The notes under the pieces were generated by a model that had not been told where the DNA came from, did not search any database, and saw only the letters and a program-made list of their open reading frames with translations. From Deltaproteobacteria bacterium (GTDB lineage Bacteria > Myxococcota_A > Polyangia > Fen-1088), in assembly GCA_033763315.1 (NCBI GenBank), contig JANRKS010000002.1:1-64000 (forward strand): 64,000 nt of DNA, written 5' to 3'. The translations under genes and the position numbers were made by a program. Below, piece after piece: positions 50,978-59,657 of this stretch (position 1 is its first letter; every line of letters starts with the position of its first letter).

Positions 50978-51643
50978 ATGATGAAAAGACTCTTGGAAGA
51001 CGCGGATCAAGCCAGCACCTTTGGGGGATCACTTCTGCAAGCGGCGGAAGTGGTGTCACCTGATCCGCGTCGCAAGCGCGCCAACTGGGTCGCGTTGCAA
51101 AGCAAACGACGGCCGCGCGCGTGGCTGTGGCGGCCCGCGCTGGTCACGTGTTTTCTTGCGTCAACCGCATTGGCATCCACATTGTTGCCTCGCTTGTTTT
51201 CACATGCGCCAGCCACGCCGTCGGCCAAATCCATGCGCGTGATTGCCCCGGCGGCTCCCGCGGTCGTGCTCCCTGCGCCGAAAGAGGCTCCCACACCAGC
51301 GCCGCCCGTTGTGGTGCCATCGCCTGCGGCGATCCACAAACAAGCCAAAGCCACGGCACAGGCGGAACTTGTGCGAAAAGCCGATGCCGACGACGAGGTG
51401 CTCGCCGCCATCCGTCTTTTGCGCGCAGGCAAGGATCCGGAACTGGCTTCGGCGCTGGCCGAGCTATATTTGCATCGTCATCCTGACGGCGTGCTGGCCG
51501 AGGAAGCGCTGGCGGTGCTCAGCCGGTCTTATGAAGGGCGTGCGCCCGGCAAAGCTGTGCGCCTGGCGAAGCTCTATTTGCAGCGCTTTCCTCACGGTGC
51601 CTACGCAGCGTCCATGCAGCGTCTCGTTGGGTCTTCGCCGTGA
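50978..51643 (+). CDS. Putative anti-sigma factor (TM helix, Pro linker, TPR-like tail)
   Basis: 1 bp after the sigma stop. YLHRHPDGVLAEEA and YLQRFPHG match the tail of the 27579 anti-sigma. Confidence 0.75.
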   Translation: MMKRLLEDADQASTFGGSLLQAAEVVSPDPRRKRANWVALQSKRRPRAWLWRPALVTCFLASTALASTLLPRLFSHAPATPSAKSMRVIAPAAPAVVLPAPKEAPTPAPPVVVPSPAAIHKQAKATAQAELVRKADADDEVLAAIRLLRAGKDPELASALAELYLHRHPDGVLAEEALAVLSRSYEGRAPGKAVRLAKLYLQRFPHGAYAASMQRLVGSSP

Positions 51644-52422
51644 AACGCTCGCTGTGCCTGTTGTGCCTGGCGCTCGGCGCCTGTGGGCCCACAATGGATC
51701 TTGGCCGCGATCCAGACATCATATGGTGGTCGAACTTCGAGTCGGGCACCACGTCTGATCTCACCACGCCGCCCTCGACCATGGGTTTTGCCGATACCTA
51801 TGGTGGGGCGTCGTTGGCGATCGAAAGCGGAGGGCACTTGGGTTCGCTTGGGGCCAGGTTGCGCTTGCCGGCCGCGGTGGATTGTTGTGTGGGCGCACGC
51901 CTGGTCCGGCAAGACACGATGCCAATGCAAGGTTTCTACAGCGCCTGGCTGCGTATCCCCGCAAATGTGACGCCGCCTGCAGGCTACTGGGCAATCATGA
52001 AGCTCACCGATGTGGGGACTGTGGGGCGTGACGACCTGCAGATGTTCGATGTGTTCGCGGTCCGACGCAGTGGCGGCGTGGCGCTGTCGCTTTATGTGCA
52101 CCCGCTTGGCGGTAGGCCAGGGCTCACCGTCATGCCGCTGCAAACTGTGGCGGTGATGGCGGACCAGTGGACGCATGTGGAGCTGTTCCTAAACCAAGCA
52201 ACCGACCAAACGGGGCTCGTTCGCCTCTGGCAAGACGGTACCTTGCTGTTCGAGGTTAAGGGCCCCACATCATTTCCCACCGCACAAGTGCGCCGGTTTT
52301 CGCTCACCAGCGTGTCGGAGAACAACCCGCCGCTCGAGATCTTCGTCGACGATATGGCAATCAGCTTGCGACGGTTGGGCCCTGAGACATCTTTGCGAAC
52401 GGACTTTTCGCCTCGACGTTAG
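51640..52422 (+). CDS. Lipoprotein with polysaccharide-lyase-like jelly-roll domain
   Basis: Lipobox LGAC, WSNFESG, FYSAWLRIP, QWTHVELF..G.VRLWQDG, IFVDD. GTGA-coupled to the anti-sigma. Confidence 0.75.
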   Translation: MKRSLCLLCLALGACGPTMDLGRDPDIIWWSNFESGTTSDLTTPPSTMGFADTYGGASLAIESGGHLGSLGARLRLPAAVDCCVGARLVRQDTMPMQGFYSAWLRIPANVTPPAGYWAIMKLTDVGTVGRDDLQMFDVFAVRRSGGVALSLYVHPLGGRPGLTVMPLQTVAVMADQWTHVELFLNQATDQTGLVRLWQDGTLLFEVKGPTSFPTAQVRRFSLTSVSENNPPLEIFVDDMAISLRRLGPETSLRTDFSPRR

Positions 52423-52447
52423 ACGCGATGGCAACCACGCGCATCCC

Positions 52448-53170
52448 TCACGGTTGCCCGTAGTTGCACTCTTTCGCTTTGATCTCGCTCAAGGCGTTGC
52501 CGCGGCCGATAAGAAACAGAAAGAAGCCCAAAGTGCCGCTGTTCTTCAAAAGGGTGGCCATGCCGGTGCGTTCCACACAGCCAAGATCGTCCCAGTTGTC
52601 GCCTTGCTGCAACCATAGGCCACACTTGTTGTCGGGGCGGCAACAGTCGGCGCTTTGGATGAAGGGAATCACTGTTTCACCGCACGCGGTGGTGGCTTTT
52701 CCCATCGGTTCAATCCCGCGCTCGATGCACTTGCCCCCTGTGACGTCCGGATTCGAAAGGCCGCATCGGCCGGCGTCGGTGCAACAATGCCGGGCAGCAT
52801 ATTGAGTTTCTTCGTTAACGGTTGGCCTGCAGTGCACAGTCCCGTTGCTGCACGTGGGGCCGGGGTATGGATGCTCGAACGCACAGCCGCATTGTGTGTA
52901 AACCCCGCTGCTTTCAAGGCAGATCTTCGTGCCCGTCAACGTCATCGCACCCGCAGAGGCACATTCACAGGCGACTGTTTGGCCGGGCGTGCACACACCT
53001 GGCGCGTGCTCCTGGGCGTCGTCTGTTGCGCCTGCGTCCTTTGTCGTCGTAACGCCAACATCGCTTGCGCCACTCTGCGCGTCCACGTCGCGCGTGGCCT
53101 CGGTTTCCGCCGGCACGTCACCGCCGCCACAAGCCGCCAATGAAAGCAAAAGCAACAAGAACGTTTTCAT
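52448..53170 (-). CDS. Cys-rich lipoprotein
   Basis: Lipobox LAAC, CTPGQTVACEC, CC..CG motifs. ATGA-coupled to the DUF1552 gene. Confidence 0.75.
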   Translation of the reverse strand: MKTFLLLLLSLAACGGGDVPAETEATRDVDAQSGASDVGVTTTKDAGATDDAQEHAPGVCTPGQTVACECASAGAMTLTGTKICLESSGVYTQCGCAFEHPYPGPTCSNGTVHCRPTVNEETQYAARHCCTDAGRCGLSNPDVTGGKCIERGIEPMGKATTACGETVIPFIQSADCCRPDNKCGLWLQQGDNWDDLGCVERTGMATLLKNSGTLGFFLFLIGRGNALSEIKAKECNYGQP

Positions 53171-54507
53171 GCGCGCACCTCTTGCAACGCACCCACGGAA
53201 TCAGGTTCAGTGAATTCGCCAACGCTTGCACCGTTGTTGATGCCCATGGCTTGCACGATCGACGTTAACAGCCGCGTGTGTCGTGGCGCATTCGCCAGAT
53301 GCACCCAACGCTCAAGCGCCAGGTGCCCGCCGCCTCCGCCTGCGATGAAGAAGGGCATGGGCCCATTCTTATGGTTGCCCACCGCCATCTCCGAGCTGCA
53401 TACCACCAGCGTTTCGTCCAACAGGGTGCGACCATCGCCCAACGCAACGGCGTCTAAGCTTTGCAACAGCTTGGCGATCCGGGCCATGAAGAAGTCGTTT
53501 ATGCGAATGCGTTCCGCAACGGGTCGCTCGTGCATCACCGTGTGAAGCACATAGTTTTCATTGACGCCTGGGAGCCGCAATTGGCCTTCGGTGTTTGACA
53601 AGCGCAAGGTGGCCACGCGTGTAACACCGCACTGAAGCGACAGCGTCAAGAGACTGGTTTGCAGATCGCACACAAGTGGGAAGTTGGCGTCCTGCAACGC
53701 CGCCGCACGAGTCAACGACGAACGCATCGGCGGTGTGCATTGCACTTGCGCCAACGAGTCCAGGCTCTTCTCTAACGTCTGCACACCTGCCAGATGTTGA
53801 TCGAGCTTCGGGCGATCGCTCGCACCCACCTCTTGACGCACGGTCGCGATTTGGCCTTTGAGGAAGTCGAGCACACTGCCGCGACGCCGCCGCAGTCGTG
53901 CGATCGCCGCGGCATCTTGGCCTGGCAACTTACCAAACACCTGATCAAAAACGGCGGCCGGGTGATCTTCAGAGGGTATCGGCTGATTGGGCCCCGCATA
54001 GTGCAGGTGGCCGGGGTTGTTCGACGTCACACTCGTTTGCACGCCGAAATGCAACGAGCGAAAAGGCGTTTGCTGGCCGATGGCGCGGCCCACGATCTCA
54101 TCCACCGACGCCAACGACGAAAGGTTCTTCCCGGCGGCGGGGCGCGACCCGGTCCACAACGTAAGGGGGCCTTGGTTGTGGGCATCAAGCTCGGCGCTGA
54201 TGCCGCTTTTGAGGCCGCCAATGATCAGCAGTTTCTTGCGAAACGGCTCAAGCGGCCTTAATCGTTCGTTCAGTTTGAACTGACGTTCATCGCCTGTGGG
54301 GTGCCAGCCCTCTTCCAGACCATCCGGCCAGGTCAGCAGCACAAGGTTGCGTGGTGGCAAACCCGCGGCTTGGGCGGACTTTGTGCGGCTTAACAGGTGA
54401 GGCGCCGTCAAGGCGGTGGCGAATAGGCCGTGTATCAGCGGCCGCCGTGAAAATCTTCGCGGCACCATACGGTGTGCGGAATCAAGGTTGGTTTGAGCAC
54501 GTTGCAT
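53167..54507 (-). CDS. DUF1552 family protein (copy 4)
   Basis: FSRRPLI Tat-like motif, LRPLEPFRKKL, SVDEIVG, RGSVLD, KLDQHL, LQCGVTRVATL, HTVMH, TLLDETL. Confidence 0.9.
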   Translation of the reverse strand: MQRAQTNLDSAHRMVPRRFSRRPLIHGLFATALTAPHLLSRTKSAQAAGLPPRNLVLLTWPDGLEEGWHPTGDERQFKLNERLRPLEPFRKKLLIIGGLKSGISAELDAHNQGPLTLWTGSRPAAGKNLSSLASVDEIVGRAIGQQTPFRSLHFGVQTSVTSNNPGHLHYAGPNQPIPSEDHPAAVFDQVFGKLPGQDAAAIARLRRRRGSVLDFLKGQIATVRQEVGASDRPKLDQHLAGVQTLEKSLDSLAQVQCTPPMRSSLTRAAALQDANFPLVCDLQTSLLTLSLQCGVTRVATLRLSNTEGQLRLPGVNENYVLHTVMHERPVAERIRINDFFMARIAKLLQSLDAVALGDGRTLLDETLVVCSSEMAVGNHKNGPMPFFIAGGGGGHLALERWVHLANAPRHTRLLTSIVQAMGINNGASVGEFTEPDSVGALQEVRA

Positions 54508-54511
54508 AGGT

Positions 54512-56242
54512 CTACTTCCCTCCCTTAGAGCTGCTGGCTGGCCGAAACCGGAATGCGTCGCTTGTCGCCAGCGCTATGACCAGCTCGCGCATATCGAATC
54601 CGGACGTTTCAAATTCGCGCGTCAGCTCCGCCAGTCCACATGCGTCCTCGTCGGTCTCGGACCTGCCCAGCGCGAAACGCAGAAGTTGCAAAGGCACGCA
54701 CGCGTGCAACTCATCGGAGGCCAGAAGTTTTTGGCTCAACTCGACGGCGCCATCAAACGGCCCGTCTACGGCTGGGTTTCCGATGTTGAGGATACCTTTG
54801 GCGTCAACGGCCTTGCCCTCGTCAGTCGCGCGGTAGCTGCCAATGGCGTCATAGTTCTCGAAACCGAAACCGAGGGGGTCGATCTGCAAGTGGCACACAG
54901 CGCAGGCGGGGGTGCTCGTGTGAACGGCGAAGCGTTCGCGGTTGGTTTGGTTTGGTTTAGGTTCAGGCAGTGGCGGAATTTCGATGTTCGGCAAGGCAAT
55001 GCTTTGGCAAAGCAGATTCTTGAAAACAAACACGCCACGCTTTACGGGTGAGGTTTGCTGTGGGCCTGCATGTGTGGCCAAGAAGCCCGGCAGCGTTAAC
55101 GCGCCGGCGCGCTGTTTGGGATCGAGCGCTGTGGGCTTTGTGGGATCCAGAGTTGGCGATGATGCCAATCCATAGATGGGAAGCAGAGGCTGACTTACGA
55201 ACGAATACGGGGCGGTCAACAACGATTGCAAGGTTCCATGGCGCAGCCCATAGTCAAAAAACAGCGCGGCCTCATCCTGCATCGCCTTTCGAGCCGCTTC
55301 GCTGAACCATAGAAATTGCCGCGGATCCTTCGTCAAGCGCTCGATCGAGCTTAGATCAAACCAGTGCAAGCCAAACTGCCTGGTGAAGTTCTGGGCCCTA
55401 TCGTCGCTTAGCAGCCGTTCAGCCTGGGCGCGCACGCCGTCAGCTGTTTGCAGTGATCCATCACGTGCAGCGGCCCGCAGTGGATCGTCGGGCGGTCCGT
55501 TCCAAAGAAAGTAGGAGAGGCGAGACGCCATTTCATGGGGCGACAGAGGTATGGTCGCCTTCTGCTGTGAAGCGAGAGATTTGTTCTCGATGAGATAAAG
55601 GAAACGCGGCGATTGCAAAACGGCTTCGATAACCAACTGAACGCCATCCTTGATGGACGATCGCGCGCGTTCGCCACTGTAGAGCGTCAGAAGTTGGTTG
55701 GTCTCAGCGTCAGGCACGGGCAGGCGAAAAGCGCGCTCAGCGAACCGGCGGATGAACGCTTCGGCGCAAGCGTCGGAGGGCGCGCAGCCCAAGAGTGCGT
55801 CCAAGTTTGATGTGGCTTGCACGGCCAGGGCTTCCGCGGCCTCCATGAAGCGACGCACGTGAACGTCCGACACCGGCTGCGTGGCGTTGGCGGGGAATGG
55901 CCCTACGCGTTCATCGTCTGGCAAGCCGTCGCTCTCTGTCCCGGGCAATGACAGTAAGTCCCCGATGCTGCGCGCGTATTGGCTGCGCGTCAGGCGGCGC
56001 AGCGGCGTATCCGCAAAGGCTGTGGTCCGGCTTGCGCACTCTTGGGTGGTGGGCGCGGGCGATCCCACGGTGCCCCCCTCACCGCCTCGTCCATTCCCAC
56101 CCGAACCGTCGCTCGGGTTCTCTGCCCCCGTGCAAGCGCTGGCCACCCAAACCGCGATGATTACGTTGTTGATCCTGCGCATCCTGCGATGACGTTCAGC
56201 AATGAGCGTGCCGGGCAGCGGACGCGGCAGGTGACGCGTCAA
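54512..56242 (-). CDS. DUF1592/DUF1588-domain lipoprotein with CxxCH (copy 4)
   Basis: Lipobox ASAC, RRLTRSQY, SPRFLY, EMASRLSYFLW, SPVKRG..LLC, CAVCH..IDPLGFGFENYD. True start is probably ATG 56182. Confidence 0.92.
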   Translation of the reverse strand: MTRHLPRPLPGTLIAERHRRMRRINNVIIAVWVASACTGAENPSDGSGGNGRGGEGGTVGSPAPTTQECASRTTAFADTPLRRLTRSQYARSIGDLLSLPGTESDGLPDDERVGPFPANATQPVSDVHVRRFMEAAEALAVQATSNLDALLGCAPSDACAEAFIRRFAERAFRLPVPDAETNQLLTLYSGERARSSIKDGVQLVIEAVLQSPRFLYLIENKSLASQQKATIPLSPHEMASRLSYFLWNGPPDDPLRAAARDGSLQTADGVRAQAERLLSDDRAQNFTRQFGLHWFDLSSIERLTKDPRQFLWFSEAARKAMQDEAALFFDYGLRHGTLQSLLTAPYSFVSQPLLPIYGLASSPTLDPTKPTALDPKQRAGALTLPGFLATHAGPQQTSPVKRGVFVFKNLLCQSIALPNIEIPPLPEPKPNQTNRERFAVHTSTPACAVCHLQIDPLGFGFENYDAIGSYRATDEGKAVDAKGILNIGNPAVDGPFDGAVELSQKLLASDELHACVPLQLLRFALGRSETDEDACGLAELTREFETSGFDMRELVIALATSDAFRFRPASSSKGGK

Positions 56243-56358
56243 GCGCGGTTAGGACCACTGAAGGTGTGATCCGTCAATGCGCAGCCATGACCGTTGAGTG
56301 AACTGCGAGATCACACTCTGTCGCTTTTGTGAATGACGGCCGCCAGCGGCCCTGATCC

Positions 56359-59300
56359 TCAAGCGCCCCGCGATGGCTCTCGCTTCGAAGACGACGCCAA
56401 CAGATTTTGTAGGGTGGTCACAAGAGCGGTGATATCCACCGGCTTTGACATGTGTTCGGCGAACCCTGCGTTCAAAGCGCGTGTCCGGTCGCTTTGCTGC
56501 GCGTATCCTGTGAGCGCGATCAGTTTGGGGGTTTGATTGCCAAGGCGAGCCTGCAGGCTTTCAGCCAGCTCGTACCCATCGATCTCGGGCAAACCGATAT
56601 CCAATATGGCTGCGTGGATCGGCGCGCCTGTGGCGAGCGTTAGTGCCTGCTTTGCGTCGCGAGCCACGAGGCAATCGTAACCAAGATCGCCCAAGAAGGC
56701 GCTCAGCGTTTGGGCGCTGTCTTCGTTGTCATCAACAATCAGGAGCCGCTGTCCTCGCGCGTCGCGGGCCAGGCGTTCGGTGGGGCCAGGCAGCCTTTGC
56801 CCCGCCGCTCGTGATGCCATCAACGGCAATCGGATCGTGACCGTGGTGCCTTGGTCTCGCCCGCCGCTTTCGATGGTGATGTGGCCATGATGGCTTTGGA
56901 CGAGGCTGCGTGCGATCGCTAGGCCGAGCCCTAGACCCCCGCTGCGACGGTCGGACCCCTGCTTCCCTTGCGAAAACAAATCAAACACGCGGGGCAGAAG
57001 TTCCGCGTCTATGCCCTCTCCCTCGTCGCGCACGCTGATCACCGCCTTACCTGCCTCTTCGAAGCTGGCAAGGTACACACCGCGGCCCTCAGGCGTAAAC
57101 TTCGCCGCATTCACAAGCAGGTTGGTGACGACTTGAACCAAGCGTTCGGCGTCGCCATCAACGACAAGGGCGGGGCGGGTATCAACGGAGAGGCGAAGAC
57201 GTTTGTCATCGAATAGCTTGGCCGTGCTTTCAGTGGCTTGCTTGATCACATTGGCGACGTCGATCGCCGAGAACTTCAGTGTGAGTTTGCCGGACGTGAT
57301 GCGCGAGATATCCAGCAAATCATCCACCAGCCGCACCAGATGGCGCGATTGCCGTTCAAGGATGTCGAGCTCACGGTTGCTCACGCTTCCGCGTTGGCGA
57401 ATCAATGACGTTGCCGTCAAGATAGGCGCGAGCGGATTGCGCAACTCGTGTCCGAGCATGGCCAAGAACTCGTCCTTCTTCCGCGTGGCAAGAGTCTCTG
57501 CTTCTAAAACGCGGCGGATGGCCTCGCGCTCACCCTCTGCCAGGCGAGCGCGGTGGATCGCTTGCCCCCACAGGTTCGCTACGGCGGTGAGATAGGCGCG
57601 TTCATCGTCATGAAAGATTCGTGGGCTTGGGAAAATCACGCCCATCGCGCCTACACAGGCTTCGCCGGCGATGAGCGGGATGGCGGCGCGGCCCCCCAAC
57701 TGCAACAGTGGCAGGTACCCTTTGATGCTCGGAAATCGTTCTAAGAACTCTGCTTGATCATGCAGCCAGACGGCCTCGCCGGTGCGGGCCGCCTGCGACA
57801 GAGGGGTATCGGCTTGCAAGGGCAACACCGGCCAGTTGCGTGCCGCGGCGTTCAGCCCTTCCGTGGCGGCCAACACTTCAAGTCGGTCGTCGTTGCGCGT
57901 GTAAAGCGACCAGCCGTAGGCCCCCACGGGCGACGGAGGCTGCGCCGCCTCGAACGCGCGCGCGATGGCAGCCACGTCATAGGCCCGAACCAACTGCATG
58001 GCAGTGGCCTGTAGGTGTTCGGCACGTTGTAAAAAGATGTCTTTGGTTGCGTTGGCCACGCGCAACTCGTGAACGACCAGTGCGCTTTCAATGGCGTAAC
58101 TTGCCCGACGTGAAAGTTCCTCGGCAACGCCAAGATCAGTTGGTCCGAAGTGCCGTTTGCTCTCGGCGGACGCGAAGCTGAGGGCACCCACGGTTTCGCC
58201 CTTGGCGACAATCGGTACAACCATGCGCGACTGGAGCGCCAAACTTTGAACGAGGTTTAGAAGGTCTGGCTGTTGGCCTAAGCGCGCGAGCGCTTCGCTA
58301 TCGTCCATGACTTCCACGAGCTCAGGTTTGCCTGTGCGTATCACAGCCCCAACGCCGTGAAGGTCGTGTAACGTTGGCGAAAGGCGAAGCCACAGGCGCT
58401 CAGCCAACTCACGTTTTGCGGGATCGCTGTGAGCGACGGCCACCCGCCTCAAGTTGCCGTCTGGTGACACGAGATCGACTGCTGCCCAATCCGCGATACG
58501 CGGCAACGCCAGCGTCACGATGCGTCCCAGCGTTTCGTCGAGATCAAGCGAGGTGCTGAACAGGCGTGATGCCTCATCCAGGAACGCTTGCGCCTCTTCA
58601 GCGCGCTTGCGATCCTCGATGTCACGGAAGATGGTCAGGTGCACTCCCGGGGATACATTCGCCACGGCGCCGAACTCCACGCGCCGGGTGGTGCCATCGG
58701 GCATGACCAACGCGGTTTCGTCCCTGAAGGTGCCGCTCGCAAGGAAGCGCTCCACGTTTTCATGGGAGCGGTCGCGATCTAAAGGCGACAAAAGTTCCAG
58801 GCCCGCCTTGCCGAGAATCTCTTCGCGGCTTCTTTGCAGAATTCGGCATGCCGCTGGGTTGACGTCCAGCACTCGCATGCTGTCGTCAAGCAAAGCGATG
58901 CCATCAAGGGCGTTTTCGTAAACAGCGCGAAAGCGGTGCTCTAGGTCGCGACCGCGATGCTCCAGAGCCTCATATTCTTGCTCAAGCTGGGCGCGATCAC
59001 GCACCAGCAGGATGAACACCGGGCCAGAGCTGGTGGGCGCGTGACCAAAGGTCCAAACTGTGGCGATTTCGTGGCCATCGCGATGCCGCCCGGGAAGCTC
59101 CACTGTTGTGAGATCCGGGGTGGCCACCTGAGGTGGCGCATCGGGTTGATGATAGCGTTGGGGTAATAGTACGTCGGTCTGCACACCATCGAGGGCGTGT
59201 CGGTCGTAGCCAAAGAAAGCCTCTGCGGCCGCGTTTGCCGTTAACACCTTTCGCAACGGTGTGAATGCAAGCAGAGGGGCCTCGCTCGCCCGTAACGTCT

Positions 59301-59523
59301 CAGCCAACAGACTGGGATCGTCAGACACAGCCGCGATGATTTCACGGAGGAGTTGATCGGCTGCCCGGTGCTTTCGGGATCCATAAACCGCGGTCACGAC
59401 GCAACAACAATACACCAAGCGCGGCGCCAAACGCCTGGTTTGCTTGCTTACACGGTGAGATGATTGCGCAAGGGCCAGGCGTGAGTGGAAAAGGTAACGG
59501 CAAGCACGCTTGCACGCCCGCAC
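56359..59523 (-). CDS. Hybrid sensor histidine kinase (PAS-PAS-GAF-GAF-HisKA-HATPase-REC)
   Basis: FLAMLGHELRNPL, NLLVNAAKF, DEGEG, GGLGLGL, LIVDDN..LDIGLP. True start is likely ~59400. Confidence 0.93.
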   Translation of the reverse strand: MRACKRACRYLFHSRLALAQSSHRVSKQTRRLAPRLVYCCCVVTAVYGSRKHRAADQLLREIIAAVSDDPSLLAETLRASEAPLLAFTPLRKVLTANAAAEAFFGYDRHALDGVQTDVLLPQRYHQPDAPPQVATPDLTTVELPGRHRDGHEIATVWTFGHAPTSSGPVFILLVRDRAQLEQEYEALEHRGRDLEHRFRAVYENALDGIALLDDSMRVLDVNPAACRILQRSREEILGKAGLELLSPLDRDRSHENVERFLASGTFRDETALVMPDGTTRRVEFGAVANVSPGVHLTIFRDIEDRKRAEEAQAFLDEASRLFSTSLDLDETLGRIVTLALPRIADWAAVDLVSPDGNLRRVAVAHSDPAKRELAERLWLRLSPTLHDLHGVGAVIRTGKPELVEVMDDSEALARLGQQPDLLNLVQSLALQSRMVVPIVAKGETVGALSFASAESKRHFGPTDLGVAEELSRRASYAIESALVVHELRVANATKDIFLQRAEHLQATAMQLVRAYDVAAIARAFEAAQPPSPVGAYGWSLYTRNDDRLEVLAATEGLNAAARNWPVLPLQADTPLSQAARTGEAVWLHDQAEFLERFPSIKGYLPLLQLGGRAAIPLIAGEACVGAMGVIFPSPRIFHDDERAYLTAVANLWGQAIHRARLAEGEREAIRRVLEAETLATRKKDEFLAMLGHELRNPLAPILTATSLIRQRGSVSNRELDILERQSRHLVRLVDDLLDISRITSGKLTLKFSAIDVANVIKQATESTAKLFDDKRLRLSVDTRPALVVDGDAERLVQVVTNLLVNAAKFTPEGRGVYLASFEEAGKAVISVRDEGEGIDAELLPRVFDLFSQGKQGSDRRSGGLGLGLAIARSLVQSHHGHITIESGGRDQGTTVTIRLPLMASRAAGQRLPGPTERLARDARGQRLLIVDDNEDSAQTLSAFLGDLGYDCLVARDAKQALTLATGAPIHAAILDIGLPEIDGYELAESLQARLGNQTPKLIALTGYAQQSDRTRALNAGFAEHMSKPVDITALVTTLQNLLASSSKREPSRGA

Positions 59524-59657
59524 CCGTGCTCCCGCGGCCTAAGACAAGTGCGAAGGCCGCGCTTCAATACCTGCGCTTCAACGCACGTCGGATGAACGTG
59601 GAACCCGATCGCATCTTGTTTTGGGCACGGCGCAAGCCATGCGACAATGAAGGCCAC

